Positions 1 through 12,633 of a DNA stretch of 64,000 bases are shown here, piece by piece. The notes under the pieces were generated by a model. It was not told where the DNA came from. It was given only the letters and a program-made list of their open reading frames with translations, and did no database searches. The stretch is from positions 33,480,001-33,544,000 of the forward strand of contig CM022665.1 in assembly GCA_012295275.1 (NCBI GenBank), given 5' to 3'. Made by a program: the position numbers and the translations under genes. This DNA is from Chrysomallon squamiferum (lineage: Eukaryota > Animalia > Mollusca). The first letter of the stretch is position 1, and each line of letters opens with the position of its first letter.

Positions 1-36
1 GTTTATGAAGAGTTGCTACCTGTAATAGTTACTTAC

Positions 37-175
37 CGCTCTTCCCAACACCTTCCAAACCAAGCACAGCCACTTTGGTTTCCCCCAATGAAGATTTCTT
101 TCGACGCAAATATGGTTTCAGTGTTGCCCCACTGGTGACCGCCGCAGGCTCGGACAGTCCAGAGGAAGTACTCAT
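37..175 (-). CDS. First coding exon of a Ras-family small GTPase (RERG/RasL11-like); gene continues off the left edge
   Basis: Reverse strand from ATG at 175 reads MSTSSGLSEPAAVTSGATLKPYLRRKKSSLGETKVAVLGLEGVGKS, which has the G1/P-loop GxxxxGKS after a hydrophobic beta strand. A consensus GTAAGT donor follows in phase 1. Subfamily is inferred from the KVAVLG..GVGKS context and the intron position. Not in the ORF track. Confidence 0.82.
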
Positions 176-566
176 TTTAAGTTGTCACCCAAACTTCACA
201 TTAATATTCTTGATATTAGTTGTCCATATTAACTGAATTCGCGTGCCAAATAGAATTCGTTCCAGCAACGCAGACAGTGATATGTACACCTTTGAACAGA
301 TGCTGTTTTGTTGTGTTAGCAACTGAGGTTAAGCCGCAGCTCCTTGGTTGCACTTTTCATTTTGAGAAAGATTTCTCCTATCGACCTGTGATACTGGCAG
401 CACGCCTGTACTTTGCCATATGTAAGAAGAAACTGTGCCATACTACCAGTGTGCTCTGCACGCACACAGACACAAAATGAAGTATTTCATCGTAAACGAA
501 TATGAAATTGCCCCTCATTTTATATTTTACTAAATTTAATCTGAAAAATTTCATTTTGATTAGTAC

Positions 567-758
567 TGTTGTATCTAAATGGTGTTTATGGTTAACATTG
601 TTACAGTTTATGAAGTTTTGGGGAACCGGAATAAGGGAGATAGTATTATATGACGTTACCGGGAGCATGCGTTTATTTTTGTTCGCAGCCATTTTTGAAA
701 CGAAATAAATTGTTTGGAAACTGAAATGAACTTTATGTTTTAATGTTAAAACATAACA
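567..758 (+). repeat. 5' LTR
   Basis: TGTTGTATCTAAATGG...AAAACATAACA; aligns to 4692-4884 with about 15 differences by manual count. Confidence 0.95.
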
Positions 759-760
759 TT

Positions 761-778
761 TGGCGACGAGGATGGGAT
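761..778 (+). promoter_or_regulatory. Primer binding site complementary to the 3' end of tRNA-Ser(GCT)
   Basis: TGGCGACGAGGATGGGAT lies 2 nt after the LTR and is the reverse complement of ATCCCATCCTCGTCGCCA, the metazoan tRNA-Ser(GCT) 3' end as I recall it. Confidence 0.85.
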
Positions 779-821
779 AAGACTTGTTGAACTGTTTCCT
801 GAAATTAACCAATAATGAAAT

Positions 822-3800
822 ATGGCTACCTACGGTAAAGTTGAAGAGTTTGACCTAGAAAGCTCCCATTGGGATGAATACATCGAACGTTTGGTACAAT
901 ATCTGTTGGCGAATAATGTAGACGATGCCGAAAAGAAATGTTCCATTTTGTTGTCCGTATGTGGTGCCAAGACTTACAGGTTGATTCGAAATTTGACTTC
1001 GCCCGAGAAACCGGCAAGTAAGACTTACGAACAATTGAAAACCTTGATAGGAAATCATCTCAAACCAAAACCTTTGGTGATTGTGGATGGGTTCAAATTC
1101 TATCAACGGAAACAAGAGCCCGGAGAGACTAAGTGACTTTTTGGCTGAATTAAGACAATTGATTGAACACTGTGAATTTGGTGCATTTTTGACTGAAGCA
1201 TTAAGATACATTTTGGTCTGTGGTCTGTCTGAAAAGTCAATACAGAAAAAATTTCTCTCTCAACATGACTTATCACTGAGGAAAGCCTTGCAAATAGCTG
1301 TTAGTATGGAAATGGCAGCTAGACAAACTGGCACGCTGAAAATTGGAATTAAGTCAGAAACGGAACAGTGATTCGGAAAGTGAAAATGCTGAATCTGAAA
1401 CAGGTTTAAAAATGCACGAGGTTCATGAAGAATCTGGAAGTAACAAAACTGAATCAGAAGTTATAAAAGGTGTTCAAGAAAATAAAGAGGTTGCAATGGA
1501 AAGAAATGACAGTGATTTTGAACAGTCAATTTTCACAGTAAAATCTACAAAAGCGAAAGAAATTCAAATTTCATTGGAACTGAATGGTGTGCCATTCAAA
1601 ATGGAAGTAGATACAGGTGCTTCTGCATCGGTTTTTCCAATAAGAGTTATCATGAAAAATTGAAGAAAACAGTGCCATTGAAATCAACATCGATTGTGTT
1701 GAAAACTTATACAGATGAAGTGGTGCCAGACCGTGGGCAAATTGAGGTGATTGTTAAATATGGAAAGCAGAAAAATCTTTTGCCTTTAATTGTTGTGAAA
1801 GGAAATGGACCAACTTTGTTTGGACGGAATTGGTTCCAAAACATTCAGTTGGACTGGAACAGTATTAAGCTTATGAAAGCCTGTGGAAACCCCAAAGATT
1901 TGTTCAGTAGATATTCAGTTTTTTCAAATGAATTGGGAACAGTAAAAGGCATAAGAGCTCATCTGAAAGTGAAAGAGGATGCTACTCCAAAGTTTTTCAA
2001 GGCTAGACCAGTACCTTGTGCTTTGAAGGAAAATATAGCTGATGAACTTCACAGGCTTGAAGCAGAAAGAATAGTAGAAAAGGTGGATTTTTCTGAATGG
2101 GCTTCTCCTATTGTACCTGTTTTAAAACCTGACAATACCATTTGCATTTGTGGCGATTACAAGGTTACCATAAATCCTGTGTTGGAAGTGCCTGAATACC
2201 ATTTGCCCACCGCAGAAGACATTTTCAGCAAACTCAATGGAGGACAAAAGTTCTCCAAATTGGATTTGTCACATGCATACCAGCAAGTGTTGCTTGACGA
2301 AGAGTCGAGGAACTATGTCACAATCAATACTCACCTTGGACTTTATCGCTATACAAGGTTGCCATTTGGAGTTGCTTCAGCGCCTGCTATCTTTCAACAC
2401 ATTATGGACAAAGTACTTCAAGGGGTAAAAGGTGTAGGTTACATTTTGGATGACATCATAGTCGCTGGAAAGGATGACACCGAACACTTGAAACATTTGT
2501 ACAGTACTTTGAAACACCTAGAAAAATATGGAACTCAACTGAAAAAGTCCAAATGTGCATTGATGAAAGATGAAGTTAAGTGCGTTGCATTTATTGTGAA
2601 CAAAAATGGGATTCAACCTTCTGAAAGAAAAGCTGAAGCTATTCTGTAAGTGCCTGAACGTAAGAACAAGAGTGAGTTGCAATCTTGGTTAGGTATTGTG
2701 AATTATTATCGCCAGTTTGTACCCAACATGTCAACAGTGGTAGCACCACTAGCAGCGTCATTAACCAAAGTTATAGAGTGGAAATGGAGTGATGATTGTC
2801 ACCAATCATTTTCCAAAGTGGGAAAACTGTTAGTATCATCTAAAATTCTTGTCCACTATGACTCGATGAAACCAGTAATGTTGGCAGTAGATGCATCTGC
2901 ACATGGTCTTGGAGCGGTAATATCACATGAAAATGAAGGATCGAATAGGCCAATAGCATACGCTTCTAGAACTCTGACATCAGCAGAACGCAAGTATTCC
3001 CAGATTGAGAAAGAAGCACTTGCAATAATTTTTGGAATACACAAGTTCCATCAGTATCTGTATGGTAGAAGATTTACTTTGTTCACAGATCATAAACCAC
3101 TGACAATGATTCTTGGACCTAAAAAGAATATTCCTGTTCTAACAGCTTCTCGACTACAGCACTGGGCTATTCTGTTAGCTGCATATCAGTTTGACATTAA
3201 GTACAGAAAAACTACCAAAAATGGAAATGCTGATGCATTGTCCCGACTACCACTTTTGCAAACTGAAGAAATATCTGAAAGTGTGTTTTGGCATGAAGAC
3301 AATCAATGAGAAATCAAGTCAATGGATTACCTATCACTGCAAGAAATATTGCAAAAGCAACTGAAGTTGACAAAGTGTTATCTCGTGTTGTACATTATAA
3401 CATGTATGGATGGCCAAAAGAGTCTTCTATTTCATTTGAGCTGTTACTGTATTTCAGAGTGAAAGATGAATTAACAGTGGAGGAACACTGTGTTCTCAGA
3501 GGAATGCGAGTTGCCAACTACAACAAACATTCATGCCAAAAGGACAGCTAATACATGGATTTGGCCCACCAAACCATGGCAAAGAATACATGTTGATTTT
3601 GCTGGACCATTCATAAAAGAAATGTTCATGATTATGGTGGATGCACATTCTAAATGGGTGGAAGTTTTTCATATGTCCAGTACCAGAGCAACGCATGCAG
3701 TAGAGACATTGAGCAATCTCTTCACAAGTTATGGAATGCTAGAGCAGTTCATTTCTGATAATGGATCTCAGTTTGTTGCAGAGGAATTTGAAACATTTCT

Positions 3801-4341
3801 TAAGAAAAATGGAGTGAAACACATCAAACCAGCTCCATACCATCCAAGTTCAAATGGTGAGTCAGAAAGAGCTGTTCGTACTTTCAAAACTGCAATGAAA
3901 ACAGTTGAACATGAGTCGCGAACCATGAACCAGAAGATTTCATCATTCTTGTTTGCGTATCGGAACACTCCACACTGTATTACAAAATGTACTCCATCAG
4001 AATTGTTTCTTGGCAGACGTGTTCGAATGAGGTCGGATATCTTGCATCCAAGTTTGGAGAACTCTGTTAAAAAGAGAACTATTCCAAAAGCAAGTAAAAC
4101 ACGGGTGTTCAATGTTGGAGATTCAGTACAAGTGGTTGAGTGGAAAAGTATTGTGTCAGCTAGGGCCTGTTACCTACAGAGTGAAAGTTGGAGATTTTGT
4201 GTGTAAAAGACATGTGGATCAACTTCGTAAATGTGCGTATTTGGAAGATAATAGGAACCCTTCCACGGAACTGTCTGCAGTTGGTACTGAGTCTGAAATG
4301 GAATTTGTTGAATCAACCGTTCAGGTGGAAGAGATATCCTA
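822..4341 (+). pseudogene. Disrupted gag-pol (gag, aspartic protease, reverse transcriptase, RNase H, integrase)
   Basis: Gag WDEYIERL...LLSVCG (822-1371); protease MEVDTGAS; RT WASPIVPV, ICGDYK, SKLDL, RLPFG, ILDD; RNase H VDAS..GLGAV, YSQIEKEALAI, TDHKPL, NADALSR; integrase IHVDFAGP, SDNGSQF, PYHPSSNGESER. Split over several frames by frameshifts and stops (for example TAA at 2647-2649). Confidence 0.95.
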
Positions 4342-4679
4342 GACATGCTCGAAAAACAACTCAAAGACTGATAGAAACTATTTAAAGTGATTTAATGCGA
4401 ATTTGTGTAATACAGAATTCATTGAAAGATTGTAGAATTCGTGTTATTTTTTATTTAATTTTTTTAAAAATAAGTTTTGTTATTTGAAGTTCCGTATGTG
4501 ACCAATGGACATACTTGATAAACTGTAATTGAATTATTATGGTGTCCAATGAAAAAAAAAAAAAATTAAACTTATTTATTTTACGTTCAAAGTTCAGTTG
4601 TTTATTACTAATTAATAAATCACACAAACTTATTTTAGAAGTTAGATATAACATAATTTGTGGGTAAACTGAAAATTTT

Positions 4680-4691
4680 GAGGGGAGGAAG
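4680..4691 (+). promoter_or_regulatory. Polypurine tract
   Basis: GAGGGGAGGAAG immediately before the 3' LTR. Confidence 0.9.
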
Positions 4692-4884
4692 TGTTGTATC
4701 TAAATGGTGTATATGGATTAAATTTGTTACAGTTTACGATGTTTAGGGGAACCGGAATAAGGGAGATGATATTATATGACGTCACCGGGAGCATGCGTTA
4801 GTTTTTGTTCGTAGCTATTTTTGAAACGAAATAAACTGTTTGGAAACTGAAATGAACTTTATGTTTTAATGTTAAAACATAACA
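4692..4884 (+). repeat. 3' LTR
   Basis: Direct repeat of 567-758, TG...CA. Confidence 0.95.
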
Positions 4885-4960
4885 AGTATTACTCAGAATT
4901 TAAGTATCATTAGAAAACAGCAGCTTCGATCTGAATCATGTGCAATCGTTTAACGACGTA

Positions 4961-6158
4961 GGGGAAACTGGGGACCGATGAGCCATTTTTAAGATATCTG
5001 TTTGCCCATTTCACCCAAATCTTGATAACAGGTGTTGACTGAAAAACTGTTGATGCGATAAAGGATTACTGCTCTCGATTACAATACAGAATTTGGTAAG
5101 TTGTCTTCAACAACATCGTTATGGGAGACATTTATGTAATAGGGTCGTGATGGCTCATCAGGACCAATGAGCCACCCATTAAGGTCCTATGGGCCATGAT
5201 TTCAGAGAGTGAAACTCGCTAGAAACAACACACATGTAAATCTTATTTTTAATAAATTTCATCTGAGATGCACATGCTGTATTAAACTTAGGGGTTAAAT
5301 ACGTTTTCAACATACTGACCTCATTCTAGGACACATTGTGCTATCGACTCAGTCTCCATGGTTTCGTGTAGTTTCAAGAGTCCTAAACTAATGCTGAATC
5401 TTATTCAAAATTGAGCCCATATCTGACACTGAACTGTATGATTTCCTTCTGCCTTTAGGTAGTTTGCACAACAGGTTTAGATAGGACACCTTAAATCAAA
5501 TCTACCTTAACTGACCTTATTTCTTCCTGGACAGGTTAACAAATGCACATAACATAGTGTGCCTGGGAGATGTTCTGAGAAACTAGATTTCATAGTCCCC
5601 ATTGCCATCTTTTTGGTTGTGTTATTACAACGATGTAGTGAACAATGTTCCACTTCCGGGATACTCAATAATAACAATCATCTGGCTCCGAAACTTTCTT
5701 CTGAAAGGGAATATGTTCATCTTCTGTTTTCTCCTCAGAGCGACTCTCTTCAAAACATTCAGGTGTGGATTTAACATTATCTTGGTGTGCTATATATTGC
5801 TTTGAAATGCAGTGGGCCCCAAAGTGGCTCATCAGACTCCAGAGAAAATGGTTCATTGGTCTCCAACACTACTTTCATTATGTTAGCCCAGTGAACAAGA
5901 CAAAAAACACAAACCTTTACAGGATCTGTAAAATATGTATTATTACCTCAATATTAAACTGTAACCAAAACACAAAAACATTATCCAAGGTAGTCAGTAA
6001 CCTACTTTTCAACTGGTATGTTGATGGCTTGCTCCAAAGCTCTCTAAGCAATATGGGTGAAGGTCACATGTACAGCAGTTGCATTGATGGTGGAAAAATG
6101 CCACTAACATTTTGCAGTCAGGAGTTTATGGGGTTGTTCAAAGGTCCTCAGTTTCCAC
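4961..6158. mobile_element. Non-autonomous TIR DNA transposon with TA target duplication
   Basis: Left end TA|GGGGAAACTGGGGACCGATGAGCCA. The right end reverse-complements to TA|GTGGAAACTGAGGACCTTTGAACAA. The motif recurs internally as TGGCTCATCAGGACCAATGAGCCA (5150-5173) and near 5825-5870. No recognisable transposase. Confidence 0.65.
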
Positions 6159-7404
6159 TATTTCATATGTACATTAATGAGATCATTATAACAAGAAAAC
6201 AGTGTGGTTACTGCAAAAATAGCATTTTACAAAACAATTAAATTATTGTTATATTTCCAAAACTGACTCTGATAAAATAATCCTCAAAAAGATTTTCCAA
6301 ATTTGGTCTCTCATTTTTATGGGCTATCGAAGTAGCCAATATATAAATATAAACAATAACAGCTTATCGTTAAAAACGTGTAGACGAAGACATTTTTTGT
6401 TGTTAAAAGATAACCTGTAATATGACCAATACTGGCAGACTATTACTGTCCTGGGTTCCTTAAGAAAGTACCAGTGACAGTGTTACCATATTTTAATGTC
6501 CCACGTGTCTTGGAGGAATTACGTATAAACAAGGAGAAATAAACCTCACACGTTAATGGTGTTTAAATATCTTTAGATTGTGCTTTTAGATCAGTCCCTC
6601 ATATATATATATAGGGAATAATTGGTTACTGTCTTAAGGTATCAGTATTTATCTTTTGAAGATTGAAATGGCAATGGCAATGTTTATATGTACTTTGTTT
6701 ATATGTATATGGTAGGCCTATATATATGTTCACACGTGACAGAATGTGTATATTTATCTGTTCTTACTTTTGATCTGAATATATTAACTTTGTTATGTAT
6801 ACGATATAAATTCAAAGTAATCTAGGTGAAATCGATAATCAAATAATTGTTTTAGTGATGTATTATTTAAGTGACATGAAAACTAAATCAATTGGTTAAA
6901 TAAAAATATAAATAAAATAAATAAATAAGCAAAAGGAAAGAACAAATGGTAATTCATAGTCTACACATAAAATGCATATAAAATCGTATGTACACGGACT
7001 GAGAATAAAATAATACAAAGGCAAAGTCGAGGTAAAAAAGTAGCAGATATAATAATAAAGTTGTCAAAAGAAATACTTGTTTTACCTCTGTCATGAACAA
7101 TATAACACATTTTTTACAATCTAAGAACCATATACTAACGTACAAGTTGGTTACATATCTAATACTGCCCGTTTACCTGCAAGCATGTCGACCTACTTAG
7201 ACATTTTATTGGCTTCATAACAACCTAGCTTCCTACGCATATACATGCATGTATACATCTATATGAATACATTATATTATATCTGATAATATATTTATTC
7301 CGTATATATTCACGTTATGAATGGGCTAACAACGAAAGCACAAAATATGTCACATATTTACTGCCCATAAACTGATAAAGAGACCTATCTTAACTGTACA
7401 ACAC

Positions 7405-7456
<52 letters not shown>
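7405..7456. repeat. (AAT)n microsatellite
   Basis: Direct reading. Confidence 0.95.
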
Positions 7457-7463
<7 letters not shown>

Positions 7464-7736
7464 AACACAAGACCAGTTTATCTTTTTCAATTAAATGTTT
7501 AGTGCGTGAACCCGTTTTCCTATTGCGAACAAAGCAGTGTCTCTCTTTCTGCGTCGGTGTCTATTACTAGCAAAGTATTATGATGAAAAAGGAATGGAAG
7601 CTGACTCACATGTTGTGAATGATGTAAGGACATATTACCATGAACGCTTAACACAGGAAACCACTTTTGCGGATGAACACTTCCTAAATCTTTAATTCCT
7701 ATTTTTAAAAAAGCATGATAGGCAGAACCACCGAGG

Positions 7737-7947
7737 ATGAAGGGGTCGTACATACGCGCCTGGTGTACCAGTTTAGGTATCAAGTATTTTGTAATGGTAA
7801 GTTTGACCTTAGTCGTTTTTAATCAGGTTTATATATGGATATTTGTATTTTTTTCCCGTTTAACTGTTAATAATAAAGTAATCAGTTTATAGAAAATGAA
7901 CATCCTAATTAATGAAGGTTGAGATTCGAGATTCGAGAATCGCTGAA

Positions 7948-8035
<88 letters not shown>

Positions 8036-11000
8036 GCATGTAGAATCATATACTGTTCCAGAAGTAATAATTATTTTCAATACAGCTAGTAGGGACTTAG
8101 AACATCATCATCATCATCACTAATACAGTTATTATTGTGATTATTGTTGTTGTTATTATTATTATTTAATTTTATTTTCAGTTTACACTAGTGAAACATA
8201 AACAAAACTTCTGATACAGAAATAAAAAAATTAAAAAAAATATTCTACTAAAAGGTATAAAGAATAAGTTCTTGAAAAAGTAATGGCAAATGAACAATAA
8301 AAAAAGATTGACCTACGAATGAAATAACCAGTACACAAACCCTCCCAAAAACAAACTAAAAACAAAGAAATAATAATGTAATTTTTTTAGCTGTATATAT
8401 ATAAAAATCAGTTTCATTGTGTTTGCTACATTACATTATTTGAGTAATGGTATTTATGCCATTCACAGACATAACTATTTACTTGTCAATAAAAATACCA
8501 GTTAGTCAGTTTTTATAAGAATTGTACATATTATCTAACTAACATTGCCTTCATCTGGTATATGCAGATATTAAAAAATTGCTGATAATTTTATTTATTT
8601 GTGTATTTATTTATTTATTTACTGACTGACTGTAAACAAAATATTCTTGCAGACAGGTATTTTGTTAATCTTTTGCTAAAGGTTACCCCTTTCAGCTAGA
8701 AAAGCTATACTTTAGACCATAATAATTAACAAAGTATTGTGCCCCATCTCTTGATAACTAGACTTGGTGTTTCACATTATGTTCACAGTTAAGACATATT
8801 GTGGTGAACGATAAAATGGTTTTAATTAAATCAAGTATTTATGACATTTTCTTTATTTCTTTATCTTCATTAATTATTTATGCCATAAAACAAAATTAGA
8901 CTGGATTAATGTTATATTGTAGTAGTAGTAGAGTAGTAGTAGCAGCAGCAGTAGTAGTAATAGTAGTAGTAGTAGTATAAGTAGCTGCAGTAGGCCTAGT
9001 ACTAGTAGTAGTAATGGTGGTAATAGTAGTAGTAATGTGAAGTGGCAGCTGTAGCAATAATAATAATACTAGCATTTAAAGTAAAATGAAACTCAAGTAT
9101 TACACTGTGAATGTGACTTCCAGGATGAATTTAACATATTTTATTTTATTCCAGACATTCACCGTGCTTCAGTCTTCTTCAACTTGTAGAGAATGCCTCA
9201 GTCCATAACAACACGTTGCATCTATTTTTAGTCATAGGGCAGGCTAACTTTTATTTCAGCCACATTTGAGATCAGGCCTTTTTTGGCATGTGTGTTGAGG
9301 ATTCCATGAAATGAATATGCATACTGACCCATTATCATATTCATACTCTTTGCTTAATGTTGTTAAATAAACTAAAATCTGAATATTATTCAGTTTGGTT
9401 CCTGAATGCAATTTTTACTGGACTTTTTAAAATTATTTTTTATTTTTTTTATTTTTTATTTTTCTATTTTTTTTATTTTCAGGAATTGTCAGCTTATGTA
9501 ATTTACTTTTAAAAGAGGGAAATATAAATACTTAATAAATTTAAAATTACTCTTCATTGCTGGCCAGTAGCTCGATCATTCTCAAAATAAAATTACATTA
9601 TGTTATAAAAAAAAAAAAAATGTTCATCCAGATAAAATGCAAAAAATGTCTTTAAACATTATTAAAGTAATATGGTAGGGAATTTAATCTTGATGATTAG
9701 ACTTAATATAGCAATAAACAATAATTGATCTTCTTTGGCTTTAAATCTATATAATAATTAAATAAATCAAATCATTCTGCCAAAACAATAAATTAATATA
9801 TCTCTTAACCCAAAAGAGATCCTTCAAGATACTTAGTCCTACTAATGTTTCTGGAATATCATAATTTTACTGTCACAACCACTTTTACATACACTATTAA
9901 GTCTACCACTTGTTTTAAATGTCATAAGTATTTTACTTCTTATTTATTTATTTATTATATATTTTTATTACTATATGTACTTTTACTAATGTTAAAATGC
10001 CTATGCTAGATTCAGTTCATCTGTTTGTAGGATAAAATCTTCACAAACTCTGCAATGTAACTATCATGGTTTATTCTACTGTGCTATATCTTCGTAACCT
10101 TATTTTGTATTACCTCAGTGGTGTAATTAACTGCTATTAATAGTTCCAGATATTTTGAAAATAATGCATTTTTCAGATTTTTTATTTTTTTTTAACGTAG
10201 ATGATATGGTTGTTGGTTTGCTTGGTACTCTTCTGGAAAACATATGACTGTTTCAGATACAGACTCGATTTCTTTTACATTCATCAGCTTCTAGGGGTCA
10301 GTATGAAATGAATGGAACTATGTTTAAACAGATATATATTACGATACGGGTCATAAATCATGTCATAGTTAGTGATTTCACAGAATTTAATTGGTTTTAA
10401 TTTAATTTGTTAGTAATGGTTAATGTAGTTTTCTCTAAGTATCCTCAGTTTTGTTATTTAGCTAGCTAAGTACTTTCTTTCCTACTCATGGATATTTGTG
10501 CTTAAGCTTTATTTCTTTCTTTTATGTCCTTTTATATGTGTTTGATAATAATTTTTTTGTTATTGTGTTGCTTTAAATGGCTAGTTCTTTAAAAGCTGTT
10601 CGGCATCTATTTTTCCTTATAAAATACAACAAAAATAAATAATACAGCATAACATTATTTACTTTTTTAAGTTAATTAATGTTATTATACTTTATTGTAT
10701 TTATTTGTCTAATACGTTTTTATTTTTCTTAGTCATGGTTGTGTATATCAAGAGGTGCAGCGACTGTTTTGAACTTTAACTGTGGACTTGTTCTTCTTCC
10801 TGTATCTCCCACTCTACGCAGCCTTCTAAGGAAATGTAATAAGCAGGTTGGTTTAACACTGTTCTGTTTTACTTTCTCCTCACTTCTTTTAATTTTTCAC
10901 AGAAATATTGAATAAAAACTCTGTTAATAAGCCGTAGATGTAAACTGCAAGATTATGTTCATTAATTTTTAAATTAATTTTCTCATCTGCAAGATATATT

Positions 11001-12594
11001 CTAATATTCATACCCTATTATAAATTTTAATTTAATACTGTTGTTTCTAACTATTCTAATTTCTGTTCTATCTTTATGATAGTGTACATCAACCTTTTTA
11101 TCCTGAAGTTTATTTCATTTTTCTTTTAAGATTTCCATTGAAGCTATGAGAGTTATGCTAGACTCCTGCAAAGGATTCCATATAACATGTGCTATCTTCA
11201 TATTAATAGCATCTGGTATGTTGAAGTCAATCATGTAAAGTGAATATAAGCAGTTGATTCAGTAAAGAAAAGGCTGAGGTTTTGATTTTTGATTAGATAA
11301 CTTAAATTATTTACAAAAATTGAGTAAAATATGCAAATATAATTATAGAAAATAAACAAGTTCATTTAACTGCTAGAAGCTTGTCGAAGGATGACTAATA
11401 AATGTCTCTAACTCTATATTTGCATTGAAATTAGACATAAATGGAAAACTTTAAAGCCCACATGCCAAAATTTATAGTGACCATCCCTTAATATTTAGGT
11501 ACAGCAGTCCCTCATTTTTACACGGTTTCGATTAACGTGATTTTCAAGTTAATGTGGCTTATGAATTACTGCTTGTTTTTATTTAGTGCGGAGTGGTTTT
11601 GCGTAACACGTACACAAAACAGCTCTGGGAAGAGCATATCCACAAAAACTGTTCTTGCAAAGGAAGAAAAACTAATGTACCAAATAACAGTTTTTACATG
11701 AGGGGAATGCAAAAGAGAATTTTAAACTGTGCCCAATGAATATACACAAATTTCTTCTTCTTCCTTTTAATGTTACACTACTTTTTAAACAGCAATAATA
11801 TCAAGGATTTAAAAAATATTATTGCATGAAGTATGTTATTTTACATATAATTATTTTTATATTCCATTAACAAGATTATTTAGCAAAGCATTTTGATGGA
11901 TATAAAACATTAAACTCGGGAACTGGTGTATAAATTTTTAACAGTACACTTCAAAAATATTTTAAAATGACAGACAAATAACTGTCTCCTGCCTGTGTAT
12001 TTTTTCTCTATAAAAAATAATTTAAGTTAAAATAAATATTTTTCAAATTTTCATCTTCTTATTATTAGTAGTATTAGTATTTTTTCAGAGTTCATTATCA
12101 TTATCTTCACTGGTTCTTTACTTTGGTTAATGCATTTTTAATATATAATATATATAGTTAATTAATCCTCTGATGTAACCATATGTAATATATGGTTACA
12201 TCAGAGGATTAATTAACTAATCTTATAAAGGGCTTACTCTGTATGTGTATATGTGTCCATTACTTTCATTCTTTATATATATATGTACATGCATGCATGC
12301 ATAAATACATACATACATACATACATGTATGTGTATGTGGTACAATGTAATATACATGTGTGTATACAAATGAATATAAACATTTCAGAATATATCTTCT
12401 TTTTCTTATATAATATTGTATATGCAATTTTCTTTTAGTTACTCATGCTACAGGACACCTGTTTAATGCCAGGAATTTTTCAAAGCATTATACTAAAATA
12501 CACCAGGATGTAAATGGAGCACAGTTTATGGATGAAGTATACTTCAATTATATTCTTTTCTCTAATTTAATTTTTATTTTCTGATCAGCCTTTC

Positions 12595-12633
<39 letters not shown>

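Larger units (their letters stand above)
567..4884 (+). mobile_element. Decayed Ty3/Gypsy LTR retrotransposon (Mag-like) with both LTRs
   Basis: Two ~192 bp direct repeats, each TG...CA. PBS follows the 5' LTR and a polypurine tract precedes the 3' LTR. Target-site duplication AGTAC (562-566) / AGTAT (4885-4889). Domain order is gag-PR-RT-RH-IN. Confidence 0.96.

Noticed and set aside
220-812. ORFs 220-480, 378-812 and 502-708
   Set aside because: No recognisable motifs; two of them cross the LTR boundary, so they are chance frames.
7829-8080. ORF with an RERERE run
   Set aside because: Translation of the (CT)n microsatellite.
12088-12140. Possible alternative NOX4 exon 5 (VH...LVNA-like reading after an acceptor-like site)
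   Set aside because: Similarity is only a few residues, the heme His spacing is wrong and there is no compatible donor.
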